A model generated the notes under the pieces. It ran no database searches. It was not told the DNA's origin and was given only the letters and a program-made list of their open reading frames with translations. A stretch of 64,000 bases of DNA from an uncultured Gemmatimonadales bacterium (GTDB lineage: Bacteria; Gemmatimonadota; Gemmatimonadetes; Gemmatimonadales; GWC2-71-9), in contig CAWGED010000004.1 of the NCBI GenBank assembly GCA_963821525.1, positions 367,908 through 431,907 of the forward strand, read 5' to 3'. This document shows positions 63,352 through 64,000 of the stretch, in pieces. The position numbers and the translations under genes were made by a program. Positions within the stretch are counted from its first letter, which is position 1; each line of letters opens with the position of its first letter.

Positions 63352-63674
63352 GTGACTGATCGGGACAAGGTCTTCAAGGCCCTGGCGGATCCCACGCCGC
63401 GGGAGCTGCTGGATCGGCTCTCTGCCGAGAGCGGGCAAAGCTGTTCGGCGCCGTGTGAGGGGCTCGACATGTCTCGGCAGGCGGTCACTCAGCATCTCAG
63501 ATCCTGGAGGCGGCCAATCTGGTTGCCTCGCTGATGCAGGGGCGCGAGAAGCTGCACTATCTCAACCCGGTGCCGATTTACGAGGTGTTCGATCGCTGGA
63601 TCCGGAAGTTCGAGAGGCCTCGACTCCGCGCCTTGGGAAACTTCAAGAAACAGCTGGAAAGGGGACGAACGTGA
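63352..63674 (+). CDS. ArsR/SmtB-family HTH regulator (frameshifts)
   Basis: VFKALADPT, MSRQAVTQHL, GREKLHYLNPVPI..RWI.KF. Confidence 0.85.
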
Positions 63675-63693
63675 CAAGCAGCTGAAATCGACC

Positions 63694-64000
63694 GTGGCCA
63701 CCAAGGCGGAATTCGTCTACGTGACCTACATCCAGACCACCGCGGAGGAGGCCTGGAAAGCCCTGACCCAGGGCGACATTACCCGGCAGTACTGGGGTTA
63801 CGAGAACCACTCGGACTGGAAACGCGGATCCAACTGGGAGCACCGCAAGGCCGGCGAAGACAAGGTGACGCTCGTCGGGAAGGTTGAAGAAATCAATCCA
63901 CCCAAGCGTCTCGCGCTGACCTGGGCCGAGCCCAAGGACGCGGGCGATCCAGCCAAGGTGTCCCGTGTCACCTTCAATATCGAACCGTTAGAGAATCAAA
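63694..64000 (+). CDS. SRPBCC/AHSA1 protein, 3' truncated by window
   Basis: FVYVTYIQTT.EEAWKALT..TRQYW...SDWKRGS. Confidence 0.8.
   Translation, partial: MATKAEFVYVTYIQTTAEEAWKALTQGDITRQYWGYENHSDWKRGSNWEHRKAGEDKVTLVGKVEEINPPKRLALTWAEPKDAGDPAKVSRVTFNIEPLENQ

Overview
High-GC bacterial chromosomal window. Gene content (futalosine-pathway mqnD, short type I glnA, many uncharacterised membrane proteins) is compatible with a Gemmatimonadota/Acidobacteriota-like organism, but taxonomy is only an inference. Single-base indels break many genes, including housekeeping ones, which points to an unpolished long-read assembly; I stitched those genes by eye, so their coordinates are approximate. Order of content: signalling genes, mqnD and glnA (0-7 kb); a 17-kb accessory block of envelope/lipid-acting genes (7.3-24.3 kb: patatin, lipoprotein, two divergent GMC oxidoreductases, metallophosphoesterase, LysM-M15 peptidase, 1209-aa multi-TM protein); a cytidylyltransferase / CDP-alcohol phosphotransferase / PhnW-like aminotransferase cluster next to a surface-glycan locus (27.7-44.8 kb); an Omp85-type protein, a ferric-reductase-Rieske operon and a radical SAM gene; tRNA-Cys followed by an AT-richer insert and an orphan tail-tube gene; then stress/redox genes. 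The most striking unexplained structure is non-coding: many intergenic spacers hold inverted pairs of 7-9-nt tandem arrays. Some are empty, some enclose a REP-like doublet, one encloses a four-helix-bundle (23S-IVP/Avd-like) gene, and one pair brackets a 3.8-kb two-gene segment.
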